Part shown: in pieces, positions 49,293 to 59,739 of the stretch
Layout: every line of letters begins with the position of its first letter
Position numbering within the stretch: position 1 is the stretch's first letter
Assembly (NCBI GenBank): GCA_048594975.1
Contig: JBMDXQ010000090.1
Coordinates: forward strand, 416,102-480,101
DNA: 64,000 bases
Direction of reading: 5' to 3'
Source: Vicinamibacterales bacterium
GTDB lineage: Bacteria > Acidobacteriota > Vicinamibacteria > Vicinamibacterales > 2-12-FULL-66-21
Translations under genes and position numbers: made by a program
The notes under the pieces: generated by a model
Seen by the model: the letters and a program-made list of their open reading frames with translations, nothing else
What the model was told of the DNA's origin: nothing
Databases searched by the model: none

Positions 49293-50150
49293 TCACCGTT
49301 CCGTCAACTGTTCAAAAAGCCGCTGCAGCTCGTCTTCCGACTGGAAGTCGATCTGTATCTTGCCGCCTCTTCCCCTGCGCACGATTTCCACGCGCGTGCC
49401 CAGCGCCAACCGCAGCTTCTCCTCTGCCGCGCGCGTGTGCACGTCCTTCTGCGGCTCTTCACGCCGCGCGGGCGGCTGACCGGCCTTCTTCACGAGCGCT
49501 TCGGTCTCGCGTACTGACAGGCTTCGGGCGACCACCTCGCGCGCCAGCCGGAGCTGCGCGGCCTCGTCGGCGAGCGCGAGCAGCGCGCGGGCGTGGCCCA
49601 TCGAGAGCGCGCCGGTTCCAATGCCACCGCGGACTTCCTGCGGCAGCTTCAGCAGCCGCAGATAATTGGCGACCGACGACCGGTCCTTGCCGACCGCGAC
49701 GGCAATCTGCTCCTGCGTCAGGTGGAATTCGTCGACGAGCCGACGATAGGCCTGCGCCTCTTCCACGGGGTTCAGGTCCTCGCGCTGCACGTTCTCGATG
49801 AGCGCCGCCGCGAGCAGGCGCTCGTCGGGAATGTCGCGAATCACGACGGGGACCTTCAGCAGGCCGGCGCGCTGCGCGGCGCGCCACCGCCGTTCGCCCG
49901 CGACGATCTCGAATCCGTCATCAGCGCGGCGAACGACGATCGGCTGGATCATGCCGGCGGACTTGAGCGACCGCGCGAGCTCCTCGATGCCGGCTTCGTC
50001 GATGGTGCCGCGCGGCTGGAAACGGTTCGGGCGAAGCCGGTCGGTGTCGATCTCGAACGGTCGATCGGTGGCGTCGGCGGGCGACGCGACCGGGGCGTCC
50101 GGAATCAGCGCGGACAGCCCGCGGCCGAGCGCGGGGCGCTTGTCAGCCAT
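49293..50150 (-). CDS. parB: chromosome partitioning protein ParB
   Basis: 285 aa; LGRGLSALI, IVAGERRWRAAQ, HTH EQIAVAVGKDRSSVANYLRLL. Confidence 0.95.
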   Translation of the reverse strand: MADKRPALGRGLSALIPDAPVASPADATDRPFEIDTDRLRPNRFQPRGTIDEAGIEELARSLKSAGMIQPIVVRRADDGFEIVAGERRWRAAQRAGLLKVPVVIRDIPDERLLAAALIENVQREDLNPVEEAQAYRRLVDEFHLTQEQIAVAVGKDRSSVANYLRLLKLPQEVRGGIGTGALSMGHARALLALADEAAQLRLAREVVARSLSVRETEALVKKAGQPPARREEPQKDVHTRAAEEKLRLALGTRVEIVRRGRGGKIQIDFQSEDELQRLFEQLTER

Positions 50151-50961
50151 GCTGGGGCTCCGTTGTCTCCTCGGGGTCGCGCGACGTCTCGTCGCGCGCG
50201 AGCACCTCGCGCGCGAGCGCGAGGTAGGCTTCGGCGCCCCGTGATTTCACGTCGTAGAGGATGACCGGCATGCCGTGGCTCGGCGCCTCGCCGAGCCGGA
50301 TGTTGCGCGGGATCACCGTCGAGTACACGCGCTCCCGGAAGAAGGCGCGAATGTCGCGCGCCACCTGCTGCCCGAGGTTCGTGCGCTCGTCGTACATCGT
50401 GAGCAGCACGCCGTGGATATCGAGCGCCGGGTTGAGCGTGGCGCGAACGCGCCGCAGCGTGGCGACGAGATCGGCGAGCCCCTCGAGCGCGAAGTATTCG
50501 CAGGTGAGCGGAATCAGCACCGCGTCGGCCGCGACGAGCGCGTTCAACGTGAGCAGTCCGAGCGACGGCGGCGTGTCGATGACGATGTAGTGGAAGCGGT
50601 CGCGAAGCGGGTCGAGGAACATGCGGAGCCGCCGCTCGCGGGCGGACAGCGCGACGAGGTCAATTTCGGCGCCGGTGAGGTTGCGGTCGGCGGGGACGAG
50701 CGACAGGCCGTGAACGCGGGTCTCGACGACGAAACGGAGCGGGTCGGCGTGATCGTCGGCAGTGAGCGCCTCGTAGATGGTGCCGGCTGGGGCGGCGTGT
50801 CCCTTGAGTCCGACACCGCTGGTGAGATTCGACTGGGGATCCATGTCGACGAGGAGGACTCGCCGCTCGGCCATCGCCAGGCAGGTGGCGAGGTTGATGG
50901 CGGTGGTGGTCTTGCCGACGCCGCCTTTCTGGTTGGCGACGGCCACGGAATGAGCACGCAT
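50143..50961 (-). CDS. parA: chromosome partitioning ATPase ParA/Soj
   Basis: ATG 50961 in ORF 50143-51153; deviant Walker A NQKGGVGKTT; 8-nt overlap with parB. Confidence 0.95.
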   Translation of the reverse strand: MRAHSVAVANQKGGVGKTTTAINLATCLAMAERRVLLVDMDPQSNLTSGVGLKGHAAPAGTIYEALTADDHADPLRFVVETRVHGLSLVPADRNLTGAEIDLVALSARERRLRMFLDPLRDRFHYIVIDTPPSLGLLTLNALVAADAVLIPLTCEYFALEGLADLVATLRRVRATLNPALDIHGVLLTMYDERTNLGQQVARDIRAFFRERVYSTVIPRNIRLGEAPSHGMPVILYDVKSRGAEAYLALAREVLARDETSRDPEETTEPQHG

Positions 50962-51042
50962 TACTAGGTTGTTTGCCCTAATTCGAGGAACGCGGGCTGT
51001 CGAAAGGCAGCAGGATAGCCTTGCCGGGGCGACCGGGTCAAC

Positions 51043-51056
51043 GTTCCACGTGGAAC
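51043..51056. promoter_or_regulatory. parS centromere-like site
   Basis: Perfect palindrome GTTCCACGTGGAAC, a symmetric variant of the consensus tGTTNCACGTGAAACa, located 82 nt upstream of parA. Confidence 0.75.
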
Positions 51057-51061
51057 ACGGC

Positions 51062-51712
51062 TCAGCCGAGGCGTCGCTTGGACAGCACCGTGAGACGGCT
51101 CTGCAGGCTCTCCACGAGTGGGACGGTCGCCTTCCATTCGAGCGGCGGGACAATGGCGGATGGGAGGTCCGGACCGCTCGGCCCCCGGAAGAGCAGCAAC
51201 AGGCCGTCCGGAGCGAGGAATGCCTGCAGGGTCATCAGCGTCGACGTCTCGACTCGCACGGCGCGCGTGGACACGACGTCGAACGCCTCGTGCAGCTCCG
51301 GGCGGGCGAGCAGTTCCTCGTACCGGCTCGTCTCCACGGTAGCCCCCTCCAGGCCGAGGTGCCGAACGGCTTCACGGAGGAAGGCCGACTTCCGGATCTT
51401 CACCTCGACCATCGTCAGCGACAACCGGGGGATTGCCAGTTTGATGGGGATGGCAGGTGAGCCGCCACCCGATCCGATGTCCAGCAGCCTCAACGCCCCC
51501 GGCTGGAAGTGACGTGCGGCAGCCAGGGGCTCGAGCAGCAGCCGATCGATCGCCTCGTCGATGTCATCGATCGCCGTCAGGTTGATTTTGCGGTTCCAGC
51601 GCGACAGCAGATCGTAATAACGAGCCAGCTGAGCCACGAGGGCCTCCGGCAGAAACCAGCCGGCCCGCGCCGCACGACGGGTGAGGCGGGTTTTCAGGTC
51701 ACGCGGTGCCAC
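51062..51712 (-). CDS. rsmG: 16S rRNA (guanine527-N7)-methyltransferase
   Basis: LLSRWNRKINLT, SAM motif LLDIGSGGGSPAIP. GTG 51712 leaves a 13-nt gap after mnmG; the maximal ORF starts at ATG 51778 (53-nt overlap). Confidence 0.85.
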   Translation of the reverse strand: MAPRDLKTRLTRRAARAGWFLPEALVAQLARYYDLLSRWNRKINLTAIDDIDEAIDRLLLEPLAAARHFQPGALRLLDIGSGGGSPAIPIKLAIPRLSLTMVEVKIRKSAFLREAVRHLGLEGATVETSRYEELLARPELHEAFDVVSTRAVRVETSTLMTLQAFLAPDGLLLLFRGPSGPDLPSAIVPPLEWKATVPLVESLQSRLTVLSKRRLG

Positions 51713-51725
51713 GCCATGCAGCCTA

Positions 51726-53570
51726 TCAGACGGCAGGCGGCGTGCGCGCGCGTTCGAGGCAGGCGAAGACGAGGGCAACAGCGGCCGGCGTTACTCCCGG
51801 AATGCGCCCAGCCTGGCCCAGCGTGGCGGGCTTGGCCTCGGAGAGACGCTCTACCATCTCGCGTGACAGCCCTGGAATCCCGCGGTACTCAAACTCCTCC
51901 GGAATCGGTCGCTCTTCCTGGCGGCGCTGGCGCTCGATGGCAGCCCGCTCGCGTCGTATGTACCCGTCGAACTGGAAATCGGTCTGCAGGCTGACCAGGT
52001 CAAGGTCGCGGCTGGACTGTTCCAGATTCAGCGTCACCTGGCCACTCGCCACCAGCGTCTCCAGTGCGATTTCAGGCTGCTTCAGCGCCTGCGCCGCGAT
52101 CAGCCGTGCGCCGGCCGCCGTCGTCACGACGGTCGTACGAATCCGTTCACGGTTGCGTTCGAAACGCTCGCGCCGCCGCTCGAACCGTTCCCACTGCTCA
52201 TCGTTCACCAACCCAACCCGCCGCCCGAGCGGCGTCAGCCGGAGGTCGGCGTTGTCGATTCTGAGGACCAGGCGATGCTCCGCCCGCGACGTGAACATGC
52301 GGTAGGGCTCGAGGCAGCCGCGGGTCGTCAGATCGTCCACGAGGATTCCGATGTAGGCTTCGGTGCGAAGGAAGGTGAGGGGGGGTCTTCCTCCTACCCG
52401 AAGCGCTGCGTTGAGGCCTGCAACCAGCCCTTGCGCAGCAGCTTCCTCGTACCCGGAAGTCCCGTTGATCTGCCCGGCCAGGTACAGCCCCGGGACGCGC
52501 TTGGTTTCCAGCGTCGGCCGGAGTTCGGTGGGCTGGACGAAATCGTACTCGATGGCATAGCCGGGCCGGAGCATTACGGCGTCCTCGAGACCGGGCAGGG
52601 CGTGCACGAGCGCTTCCTGGGTTTCCGACGGGAGGCTCATCGACAGACCGTTGACGTAGATCTCCTGCACGTCGAGACCCTCTGGTTCGAGGAACAGTTG
52701 ATGACGTTCCCGGTGAGGGAATCGGATCACCTTGTCCTCGAGTGACGGGCAGTAACGCGGTCCGATTCCCGTGATCTGTCCGTTGTACAGCGGCGACAGC
52801 TCGACATTTCGGCGTACCAGGGCGTGGACGCGCTCGGTCGTGTGCAGGAGGTGACAGACGATTTGCTCGCGGTCAATCCGGTCGTTGGCAAACGAGAAAG
52901 GGACCGAGGGCCGATCGCCGTGCTCCTCGCGGAACCGGGAGAAATCGATGCTCCGCCGATCCAACCGCGGAGGAGTGCCCGTCTTGAGGCGCCCGCCACG
53001 GAACCCGAACGCCTTGAGCGAGTCCGCGAGGTCGCGCGATGGAGGCTCCTCGGATCGACCAGCCGGGCGCCGCTCAGGCCCGACGTGAATCAGCCCGTTC
53101 AGGAACGTGCCGGTCGTCACGATGAGGGCCCCGCAGCCGAAGGTCTCGCCGGTTTCGAGCGCAAGACCGCGCACTCCCGAACCGTCGGCCACGATCGATC
53201 CGGCCCTCCCGAAGATCCAGGCGATGTTCGGTTCCCGGTCGATCGCCGACTTCACCCACGCGCTGTACCGCCGTTTGTCCGCCTGCGCCCGCGGCGACCA
53301 CACCGCGGGGCCGCGGCTGCGGTTCAGGAGTTTGAACTGAATGCCCGTCGCGTCGATGGCGCGCCCCATCAGCCCGCCGAGCGCGTCGATCTCGCGGACC
53401 AGGTGGCCCTTTGCGGTGCCGCCGATCGCGGGGTTGCACGGCATGTGAGCCACCGTGTCAGGCGACAGAGTGCATAGGCCCACCGTACGGGCCATGCGCG
53501 CCGCGGCCCACGCCGCCTCGATGCCGGCGTGTCCGGCGCCAATTACGATGATATCAAAAGTACTTTGCAA
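51726..53570 (-). CDS. mnmG: tRNA uridine-5-carboxymethylaminomethyl modification enzyme MnmG (GidA)
   Basis: 614 aa; [16 protein letters not shown]; TTG start. Confidence 0.97.
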   Translation of the reverse strand: MQSTFDIIVIGAGHAGIEAAWAAARMARTVGLCTLSPDTVAHMPCNPAIGGTAKGHLVREIDALGGLMGRAIDATGIQFKLLNRSRGPAVWSPRAQADKRRYSAWVKSAIDREPNIAWIFGRAGSIVADGSGVRGLALETGETFGCGALIVTTGTFLNGLIHVGPERRPAGRSEEPPSRDLADSLKAFGFRGGRLKTGTPPRLDRRSIDFSRFREEHGDRPSVPFSFANDRIDREQIVCHLLHTTERVHALVRRNVELSPLYNGQITGIGPRYCPSLEDKVIRFPHRERHQLFLEPEGLDVQEIYVNGLSMSLPSETQEALVHALPGLEDAVMLRPGYAIEYDFVQPTELRPTLETKRVPGLYLAGQINGTSGYEEAAAQGLVAGLNAALRVGGRPPLTFLRTEAYIGILVDDLTTRGCLEPYRMFTSRAEHRLVLRIDNADLRLTPLGRRVGLVNDEQWERFERRRERFERNRERIRTTVVTTAAGARLIAAQALKQPEIALETLVASGQVTLNLEQSSRDLDLVSLQTDFQFDGYIRRERAAIERQRRQEERPIPEEFEYRGIPGLSREMVERLSEAKPATLGQAGRIPGVTPAAVALVFACLERARTPPAV

Positions 53571-53576
53571 TGCCTC

Positions 53577-54929
53577 TTACTTTCCAATGCAAAACTTGGA
53601 GAAGATGGCACGCAGCGTGTCGTCCGCGGTGCGTGCGCCGGTCACCTCCTCGAGCGCGGTACGTGCTTCCCGCAGGTCGGCGAGCACGAACTCCTCCGGC
53701 GCCCCGTCGCGCGCCGTGCCGCCCGCGCGCTCGAGCGCCCCGCGGGCGCGCTCCAGCAGCGCCACGTGGCGGACGTTCGTGATCGCCGGAGCGTCGCGGC
53801 GCGGCTCGCCCCCGCTCAGCGCTCGCGCCAGCTCGTCGCGCAGCCGATCGACGCCCGCACCGGTCAACGCACAGACCGGAATGCCTCCGGGTGCCTCCCC
53901 GCCCTGGTCCCATGCCGGCGGGAGATCGATCTTGTTCACCACCACGATCGATCGCAGTGCGCCTGCCTCAGCCAGCAACTTCCGGTCCTGCTGCTCCAGC
54001 GACCGGGATCGATCCAGCACGACGACGAGCAGCTCCGCCACCTCCCGCGCCGCGTGCGCGCGCGCGATCCCTTCCGCCTCGACGGCATCGGCCGCCGCCG
54101 TGTGCACGCCGGCGGTATCCACGAACGTCACGGGAATGCCGGCGATTTCCACTGTCTCGGTGAGCAGGTCGCGCGTCGTGCCCGGAACGTTGGTGACGAT
54201 GGCGCGCCCGGCGCCCGCGAGGGCGTTGAAGAGGCTCGACTTCCCGGTGTTCGGGCGGCCGGCGATCACCACGTGGCCGCCCTCCCGCACCACCCGTCCT
54301 CTCCGGGCATCATCGAGCAGCGCCGACACCGCCGCCGTCAGGTCCCCAATCTCGTGAGCGGCGTCCGTGGAGTCGACGAAGTGATAGCCCTCCTCCGGGA
54401 AATCGAGGGAGGCCTCGAGGCGGGCCGTGAGATCGAAGAGCGCCGAGTCGATCCTGCGAATGGCGCCGGTCAGCGTGCCCTCCAGTTGGTCGAACGCGGC
54501 TCGAGCCTGCAGCGGCGTCACCGCGTCGACGAGATCGCGGACAGCCTCTGCCTGCACGAGGTCCAGCCGGCCGTGCAGGAAGGCGCGCAGCGTGAACTCG
54601 CCCGGCTCGGCGAGCCGCGCGCCGCGCTGCATGCACGCTCCGACGATCGCGCGCAGCAGCACCGGGCTGCCGTGCACGCTGATCTCCACGACGTCCTCCG
54701 CGGTATACGAGTGCGGCGCCGGAAAGTAGGTGAGGACGGCCTCGTCCCGCACGCCGGCACCGCGGACGATCGCCAGCGTCGCGTACCGTGGGGCGAGCGG
54801 GTGCTGCGCGTCGCTGATCTCGAGCGCGATGCGCGCCGCCCCGGGGCCGCTCAGGCGCGCCACGCCGATTCCCCCGCGTCCCGGCGCCGTCGCGATGGCG
54901 ACGATGGTGTCGTCGGTGCTGAAGCCCAC
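53577..54929 (-). CDS. mnmE: tRNA modification GTPase MnmE (TrmE)
   Basis: 450 aa; GRPNTGKSSLFNAL, DTAG, C-terminal FCIGK. Confidence 0.97.
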   Translation of the reverse strand: MGFSTDDTIVAIATAPGRGGIGVARLSGPGAARIALEISDAQHPLAPRYATLAIVRGAGVRDEAVLTYFPAPHSYTAEDVVEISVHGSPVLLRAIVGACMQRGARLAEPGEFTLRAFLHGRLDLVQAEAVRDLVDAVTPLQARAAFDQLEGTLTGAIRRIDSALFDLTARLEASLDFPEEGYHFVDSTDAAHEIGDLTAAVSALLDDARRGRVVREGGHVVIAGRPNTGKSSLFNALAGAGRAIVTNVPGTTRDLLTETVEIAGIPVTFVDTAGVHTAAADAVEAEGIARAHAAREVAELLVVVLDRSRSLEQQDRKLLAEAGALRSIVVVNKIDLPPAWDQGGEAPGGIPVCALTGAGVDRLRDELARALSGGEPRRDAPAITNVRHVALLERARGALERAGGTARDGAPEEFVLADLREARTALEEVTGARTADDTLRAIFSKFCIGK

Positions 54930-54999
54930 AGACAGAGATCGTGGAGTAGTAAGGTGGAAAGGCTCTTAACGATTCCCGCTTACCTCCTGCTGCGTTACG

Positions 55000-55446
55000 C
55001 TATCGCCGGACGGAGATGATGACGGTCTTCATGAACGCGTCGCCGATGCTCTCGGAGGACATCGCCGGATCTTCGGCGACCGTGAGGTGGACGATGCGCC
55101 GCGCGTACGGGTTGAGCGGACCCATCTCCTGCGGACCGGCGCTCTTCGCCTTCTCCATCATGAACCGCGCCATCTGCCGCAGCTCGGCGTCTTTTCCCTT
55201 GCGGTAGTCCAGGCAGTCCACCACGAACGAGCGGTCGTCCTTGAGGTGCCGGCGGAACGCGGTGTTCACGATCTGCTGCAGCGCGTCGAGCGCCTCGCCC
55301 CGGCGACGCAGCAGGTGCTCGCCGCCCTGGCCCGACAGGTCGACGCGAACGTTGTCCGGGGTGTCGATCACCGTCACGTCGAGCGGCAGCCCCATCGTCT
55401 CGAGCGTGCGGCGCACGAAGTCGCGAACGCGGTCCTGCAGTTCCAT
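55000..55446 (-). CDS. jag: Jag/KhpB-like RNA-binding protein (KH + R3H)
   Basis: ATG 55446 overlaps the yidC TAA (TAATG); GPLNPYARRIVHLTV R3H motif. Confidence 0.85.
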   Translation of the reverse strand: MELQDRVRDFVRRTLETMGLPLDVTVIDTPDNVRVDLSGQGGEHLLRRRGEALDALQQIVNTAFRRHLKDDRSFVVDCLDYRKGKDAELRQMARFMMEKAKSAGPQEMGPLNPYARRIVHLTVAEDPAMSSESIGDAFMKTVIISVRR

Positions 55447-57197
55447 TACTTGCGCTCCTTCGACGGCTCCGCCTTGCCAGCGGCGCTCGTCTTTCCCGCG
55501 CCCGCGCTTTTGAGCCGCCGTTCCGCGGCCGGCCGGGGCGGCTTGGCCGGCGGTCCGATCAGGCGGTTGGTCACCACCTGCTGCCCGATCGTCCAGAGGT
55601 TGCTCGCCGTCCAGTAGATCACCAGCCCGCTCGGCATCCACAGGAACATCCCCGTGAAGACGATGGGCATCAGCAGCATCATCTTCTGCTGCATGGGATC
55701 AGCACCCGTCTGCGGCGTCATCTTCGTCTGGATGAACTGCGTGGCGCCCATCAGCAGTGGCGTGATGTAGAGCGGATCGTAGGTGGAGAGGTCCCTGATC
55801 CAGAGCATGAAGGGCGCGCCGCGGAGCTCGATCGCCACCGAGAGCATGGAGTAGAACGCGATGAGGATCGGGAAGGTGAGGAGCATCGGCACGCACCCGC
55901 TCGCCGGGTTTACTCCCCGCTCGCGGTACAGGTTCATCAGCTCGGTGTTCTGCTTGCTCCGCGCCGGATCGCTCATCTTCAGGTGCTTGTAGCGCTCCTG
56001 GATGGCCTTCACCTCCGGCTGCAGCTCCTGCATCTTGCGCATCGAGACGACGCTCTTGTGGCGCAGCGGGAACATCACCAGGTTGATGATCACCGTGAGG
56101 ATGATGATCGACCAGCCCCAGTTGCCCGCATAGCCGTGCACCCACTTGAGCGCGTTGTGGAGCGGGACGACGAACCAGCGGAACATGCCGAAGTCGATCG
56201 CGTACGTCAGGTACGGATCGATCGATTTCAGTACGTCGAAATCCTTCGGTCCGAAGAAAAAGCGCGCCTTCGAGGGGGCGGCGGGGAACGTCGCCGACCA
56301 GGTGACGAATCGCGCGACGGTCCCGGCGCCGTCGGCGGGGACCTGGAACGGCGCATATTTCACGGTGATCGGGGTCCCCGGCGCGATGATCGCGCTCAGG
56401 AAGAAGTGATCGTCCACTCCCGCGAACGGCATCGTCCCCGACACCGAGGCATGTTCCGCGACGTCGTTTTGCCCGACGCGCGTGATCTCCCCCTCGCGCG
56501 AGTAGATCGGCTGCGGCGGCGGGCTGTAGACGAATCCGCTGCTCTTCGCCATCCCGAGCCCGAGTGCCGGCCCCCACTCAACCGTCGGCACGAGGGCCGC
56601 CGCCCCTCGTGTCACGGTTGCGGAGAACTCCAGCAGGTAGGGGTTCTCCGCGGGAAACACGAACGTCTTGTCGGCCGCCAGCCCTGACGCGTCCTCGTAC
56701 TCGAATCGCAGCGTGCCCGGACCGCCTTCGACGTGCACCTCGGTCGCGCTGGGCTTGAACAGCGCGCGCCGGAGCGTCGCCGTGACGGCAGCGTCTTCGA
56801 CGGTCAACGAGAACGGGCGCACCGCTTCCGTCGGGAGGTTCTGCGGCACGAGCTCCAGCGGCCGGCCGGCGGAATCGTGGTATTTCTTCAGTCGCCAGCT
56901 TTTCAGGACCCCGCCGCGAGTCGAAAAGAGAGCGGCGACCGAGTCGTTCTCGTATCGAATGTCACGTTCCTCCGAGTCGCCGACGACCGTGGCGGGCAGC
57001 GGGGCCGCCTCGGGTTCTGCGGCCGACGCCTTGTCTTGGGCCTGAGCAGGCGCGGACTGCGCACCCGGTTGGCTCGCGGCGGGCGCGCTTGGCGACGGCG
57101 CGGCTGTGCGCTGCGGCGGCTTCGGCGGATAAAGCGCCTGGTAGCCGTAGAGCACGACGAACGACAGGATGATCGCGAGAAGGACCCGTTTTTCCAT
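55446..57197 (-). CDS. yidC: membrane protein insertase YidC
   Basis: 583 aa; N-terminal TM, large periplasmic domain, conserved C-terminal 5-TM core. Confidence 0.95.
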   Translation of the reverse strand: MEKRVLLAIILSFVVLYGYQALYPPKPPQRTAAPSPSAPAASQPGAQSAPAQAQDKASAAEPEAAPLPATVVGDSEERDIRYENDSVAALFSTRGGVLKSWRLKKYHDSAGRPLELVPQNLPTEAVRPFSLTVEDAAVTATLRRALFKPSATEVHVEGGPGTLRFEYEDASGLAADKTFVFPAENPYLLEFSATVTRGAAALVPTVEWGPALGLGMAKSSGFVYSPPPQPIYSREGEITRVGQNDVAEHASVSGTMPFAGVDDHFFLSAIIAPGTPITVKYAPFQVPADGAGTVARFVTWSATFPAAPSKARFFFGPKDFDVLKSIDPYLTYAIDFGMFRWFVVPLHNALKWVHGYAGNWGWSIIILTVIINLVMFPLRHKSVVSMRKMQELQPEVKAIQERYKHLKMSDPARSKQNTELMNLYRERGVNPASGCVPMLLTFPILIAFYSMLSVAIELRGAPFMLWIRDLSTYDPLYITPLLMGATQFIQTKMTPQTGADPMQQKMMLLMPIVFTGMFLWMPSGLVIYWTASNLWTIGQQVVTNRLIGPPAKPPRPAAERRLKSAGAGKTSAAGKAEPSKERK

Positions 57198-57200
57198 GTA

Positions 57201-57458
57201 TCAGGACCGCCGCGGTCCGGGCACCGGGTCATAGCCGGAAGACCCCAGCGGGTGGCAACGGGCCAGCCGCCGCAGCGAGAGAGCCGACCCCCGGAGGACG
57301 CCGAACCGGGCCACGGCCTCTGCCGCATATTCCGAGCACGACGGCAGGTAGCGGCACGAACCCGCAAACTGGTGCGACAGCAGTAACTTGTAGGCTCGAA
57401 TGAGGGCCAGGGCGGCGCGCTGGAAAAGCGTCAACCCTTGGGCTTCAGCTTCGCACAT
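57201..57458 (-). CDS. yidD: membrane protein insertion efficiency factor YidD
   Basis: ATG 57458; [28 protein letters not shown]. Confidence 0.9.
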   Translation of the reverse strand: MCEAEAQGLTLFQRAALALIRAYKLLLSHQFAGSCRYLPSCSEYAAEAVARFGVLRGSALSLRRLARCHPLGSSGYDPVPGPRRS

Positions 57459-57852
57459 GGCCGCGCATGCGTGACTGGCCCCGCGTGAAGGCGCCGCGGA
57501 AGTCGTCCTGGAGGCTATCGTAAGACGCATCGAAGAACCCGGCGCGCGGAATGACGATCACGTCGACGCCGGACTCCTCAGCGCACGCCGTAGTACGTCT
57601 GAACACCTCCCGAATCAACCGTTTAGCGCGGTTTCTCATGACCGCGCCGCCCAGCTTTCTCGACGCCACGACTCCCAGCCGGACCCCAGGGCCCGTGCCC
57701 GGAGCCATGACGAGCGTGAGGTAACGGCCGTGCATTCGAATCCCCGCCTGAAAGGCCTTCTGATACTCCCCCCTTCGCCTGAGACGACGGGCCTTCCCGA
57801 GGCGCTGGGACGACATCCTGCCGATCCCTCCGAGCAGCCGTCCTTGGAGCAC
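57445..57852 (-). CDS. rnpA: ribonuclease P protein component
   Basis: [15 protein letters not shown]...[28 protein letters not shown] 57852 is the maximal start; ATG 57816 is an alternative. Confidence 0.9.
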   Translation of the reverse strand: MLQGRLLGGIGRMSSQRLGKARRLRRRGEYQKAFQAGIRMHGRYLTLVMAPGTGPGVRLGVVASRKLGGAVMRNRAKRLIREVFRRTTACAEESGVDVIVIPRAGFFDASYDSLQDDFRGAFTRGQSRMRGHVRS

Positions 57853-57889
57853 GGGGCGTGGCTCTACTAGCCGGTGGGTTCGGGTCCGA

Positions 57890-58030
57890 CTACGACGAGA
57901 CGGAGAGCCGTTTGCGGCCTTTGGCGCGGCGGCGCTTCAGAACGAGGCGACCGTTCTTGGTGCTCATGCGCACGAGGAACCCGTGAGTACGCCTGCGGCG
58001 CCGGCGGTTTGGCTGAAACGTACGTTTCAT
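57890..58030 (-). CDS. rpmH: 50S ribosomal protein L34
   Basis: Below the ORF-track size cutoff; the reverse strand encodes [46 protein letters not shown] (46 aa). Confidence 0.97.
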   Translation of the reverse strand: MKRTFQPNRRRRRRTHGFLVRMSTKNGRLVLKRRRAKGRKRLSVSS

Positions 58031-58194
58031 GATGCTCGATCCCTTGCAGATGGCGGCGAAGAGCGGAGAAACCTAGATAGTAGCCAGCGGCCGCTGGAGT
58101 GTCAATTGAGCGGGCCAGATCTGCACAGCCTGGCACTCGGTCCGGGCGTGTGGTACAGTCGCGGCCCGCGATCCGTGAGGGTCGTCCCCCCAAG

Positions 58195-58226
58195 TTTTCC
58201 ACAACTGTGGAAAAAAATGTGGAAAA
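58195..58226. promoter_or_regulatory. cluster of three identical DnaA boxes upstream of dnaA
   Basis: TTTTCCACA (58195-58203) and two copies of its complement TGTGGAAAA (58206-58214, 58218-58226). One mismatch to TTATCCACA. Confidence 0.8.
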
Positions 58227-58407
58227 GCCAAGGTTTTCGCCCCGATCCCGCCTCCCGATGGCGTAGTGGGGCGGGTTTCGCCGGGGCGAAAGTGCAAAAC
58301 GTGCCGGTTTTCCGGGATGAATCCGCAGTCAGGCTGCAGCAGCCCTTTCCGTTGCCGGAGCGGTCGGGGGGCGAAAGTCTGTTGAATGGCTCCCATGCGA
58401 CACAGGC

Positions 58408-59739
58408 GTGAACATGTCCGCCGCTAATATCTGGGACCTTGTCCTGGGCCTGGTCGAGGCCAAGGTCAACCGGCACAGCTTCTACACCTGGTTTCAGCCG
58501 ACCGCTTTCATCTCCGACGACGGGTCCGTAATTCGCGTGCGCGTTCCGAACGCGTTGTTCCGTGACTGGCTGGCGAAGCACTATGCGGCGGTCCTCGAGG
58601 AGGCGTTTGCTGAGCTCAACCGCCCGCGCGCCACGGTGGAGTTCGTCATGGAGGACGTCGAGGGCGAGCCGGTCGCCTTCGACGAACTTCGACCGGAACC
58701 GCTCCCCACCGAACCGGCATCCGACGATGGATTGGGCCCGCGTTACTCGTTCGACACGTTCGTGGTCGGGCCCTCCAACCAGTTCGCGCACGCCGCCTGC
58801 CGGGCGGTCGCGGAAGCACCCTCCCGCTCGTACAACCCATTGTTCATTTATGGCGGCGTGGGCCTGGGCAAGACGCACTTGATGCATGCCATCGGTCACT
58901 ACGTGCTCAACCACCTGAAGAGCCTCAAGCTGACCTACATCTCGTCCGAGCGTTTCATGAACGAGATGATCAACGCCGTTCGCTACGATCGTGTTCTCGA
59001 CTTCCGCGAGCGCTATCGCAGCGTGGACGTGCTGCTCGTCGACGACGTGCAGTTCCTCGCCGGCAAGGAAGGCACGCAGACCGAGTTCTTCCATACGTTC
59101 AACGCGCTCTACGACGCGCAGAAACAGATCGTCATCAGCAGCGACTGCCCGCCGCGCGAGATCCCGTCGCTCGAGGAACGGCTGCGGTCCCGGTTCGAAT
59201 GGGGGCTGATTGCCGACATCCAGCCACCCGATCTCGAGACCAAGGTTGCGATCCTCAAACGGAAAGCGGAGGCGGAGGGCGTTCCACTCCCCGACGCGGT
59301 GGCCATCTACATCGCCGGCAAGATCAAGTCGAATATCCGCGAACTCGAGGGATCCTTGATTCGGCTCATTGCCTACGCGTCGCTGACCGGCCGCGAAATC
59401 TCGCTGCCGCTCGCCCAGGACGTGCTGCGCAACGTGCTGCAGAACGAAGAGCGCGCCGTGACGATCGAGATCATCCAGAAGTTCGTCTCCGACTACTACC
59501 AGCTGAAACACGGCGAGTTGAAGTCGCGCAACAACTCGAAGTCGGTCGCGATGCCGAGGCAAATCGCAATGTACCTGTGCAAGACGTTGACGAACGCCTC
59601 GCTGCCGGAGATCGGACGGAGTTTCGGAGGCAAGCACCACTCCACGGTGATTCACTCCATCCGGAAGATCGAAGACCTCAGGCAGAAGGACGGAGATTTC
59701 AACACGCTTATCAACAACCTGATGGAGTCGTTCCGCTAG
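58408..59739 (+). CDS. dnaA: chromosomal replication initiator protein DnaA
   Basis: 443 aa (GTG 58408, or ATG 58414); [19 protein letters not shown]-terminal [15 protein letters not shown]. Confidence 0.98.
   Translation: MNMSAANIWDLVLGLVEAKVNRHSFYTWFQPTAFISDDGSVIRVRVPNALFRDWLAKHYAAVLEEAFAELNRPRATVEFVMEDVEGEPVAFDELRPEPLPTEPASDDGLGPRYSFDTFVVGPSNQFAHAACRAVAEAPSRSYNPLFIYGGVGLGKTHLMHAIGHYVLNHLKSLKLTYISSERFMNEMINAVRYDRVLDFRERYRSVDVLLVDDVQFLAGKEGTQTEFFHTFNALYDAQKQIVISSDCPPREIPSLEERLRSRFEWGLIADIQPPDLETKVAILKRKAEAEGVPLPDAVAIYIAGKIKSNIRELEGSLIRLIAYASLTGREISLPLAQDVLRNVLQNEERAVTIEIIQKFVSDYYQLKHGELKSRNNSKSVAMPRQIAMYLCKTLTNASLPEIGRSFGGKHHSTVIHSIRKIEDLRQKDGDFNTLINNLMESFR

Noticed and set aside
50236-50252. 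parS-like half sites: TGATTTCACGTCGT at about 50240 and CCGTGAAACA at about 5095.
   Set aside because: Only one half matches the palindrome, and both lie inside coding sequence. They are probably chance matches.
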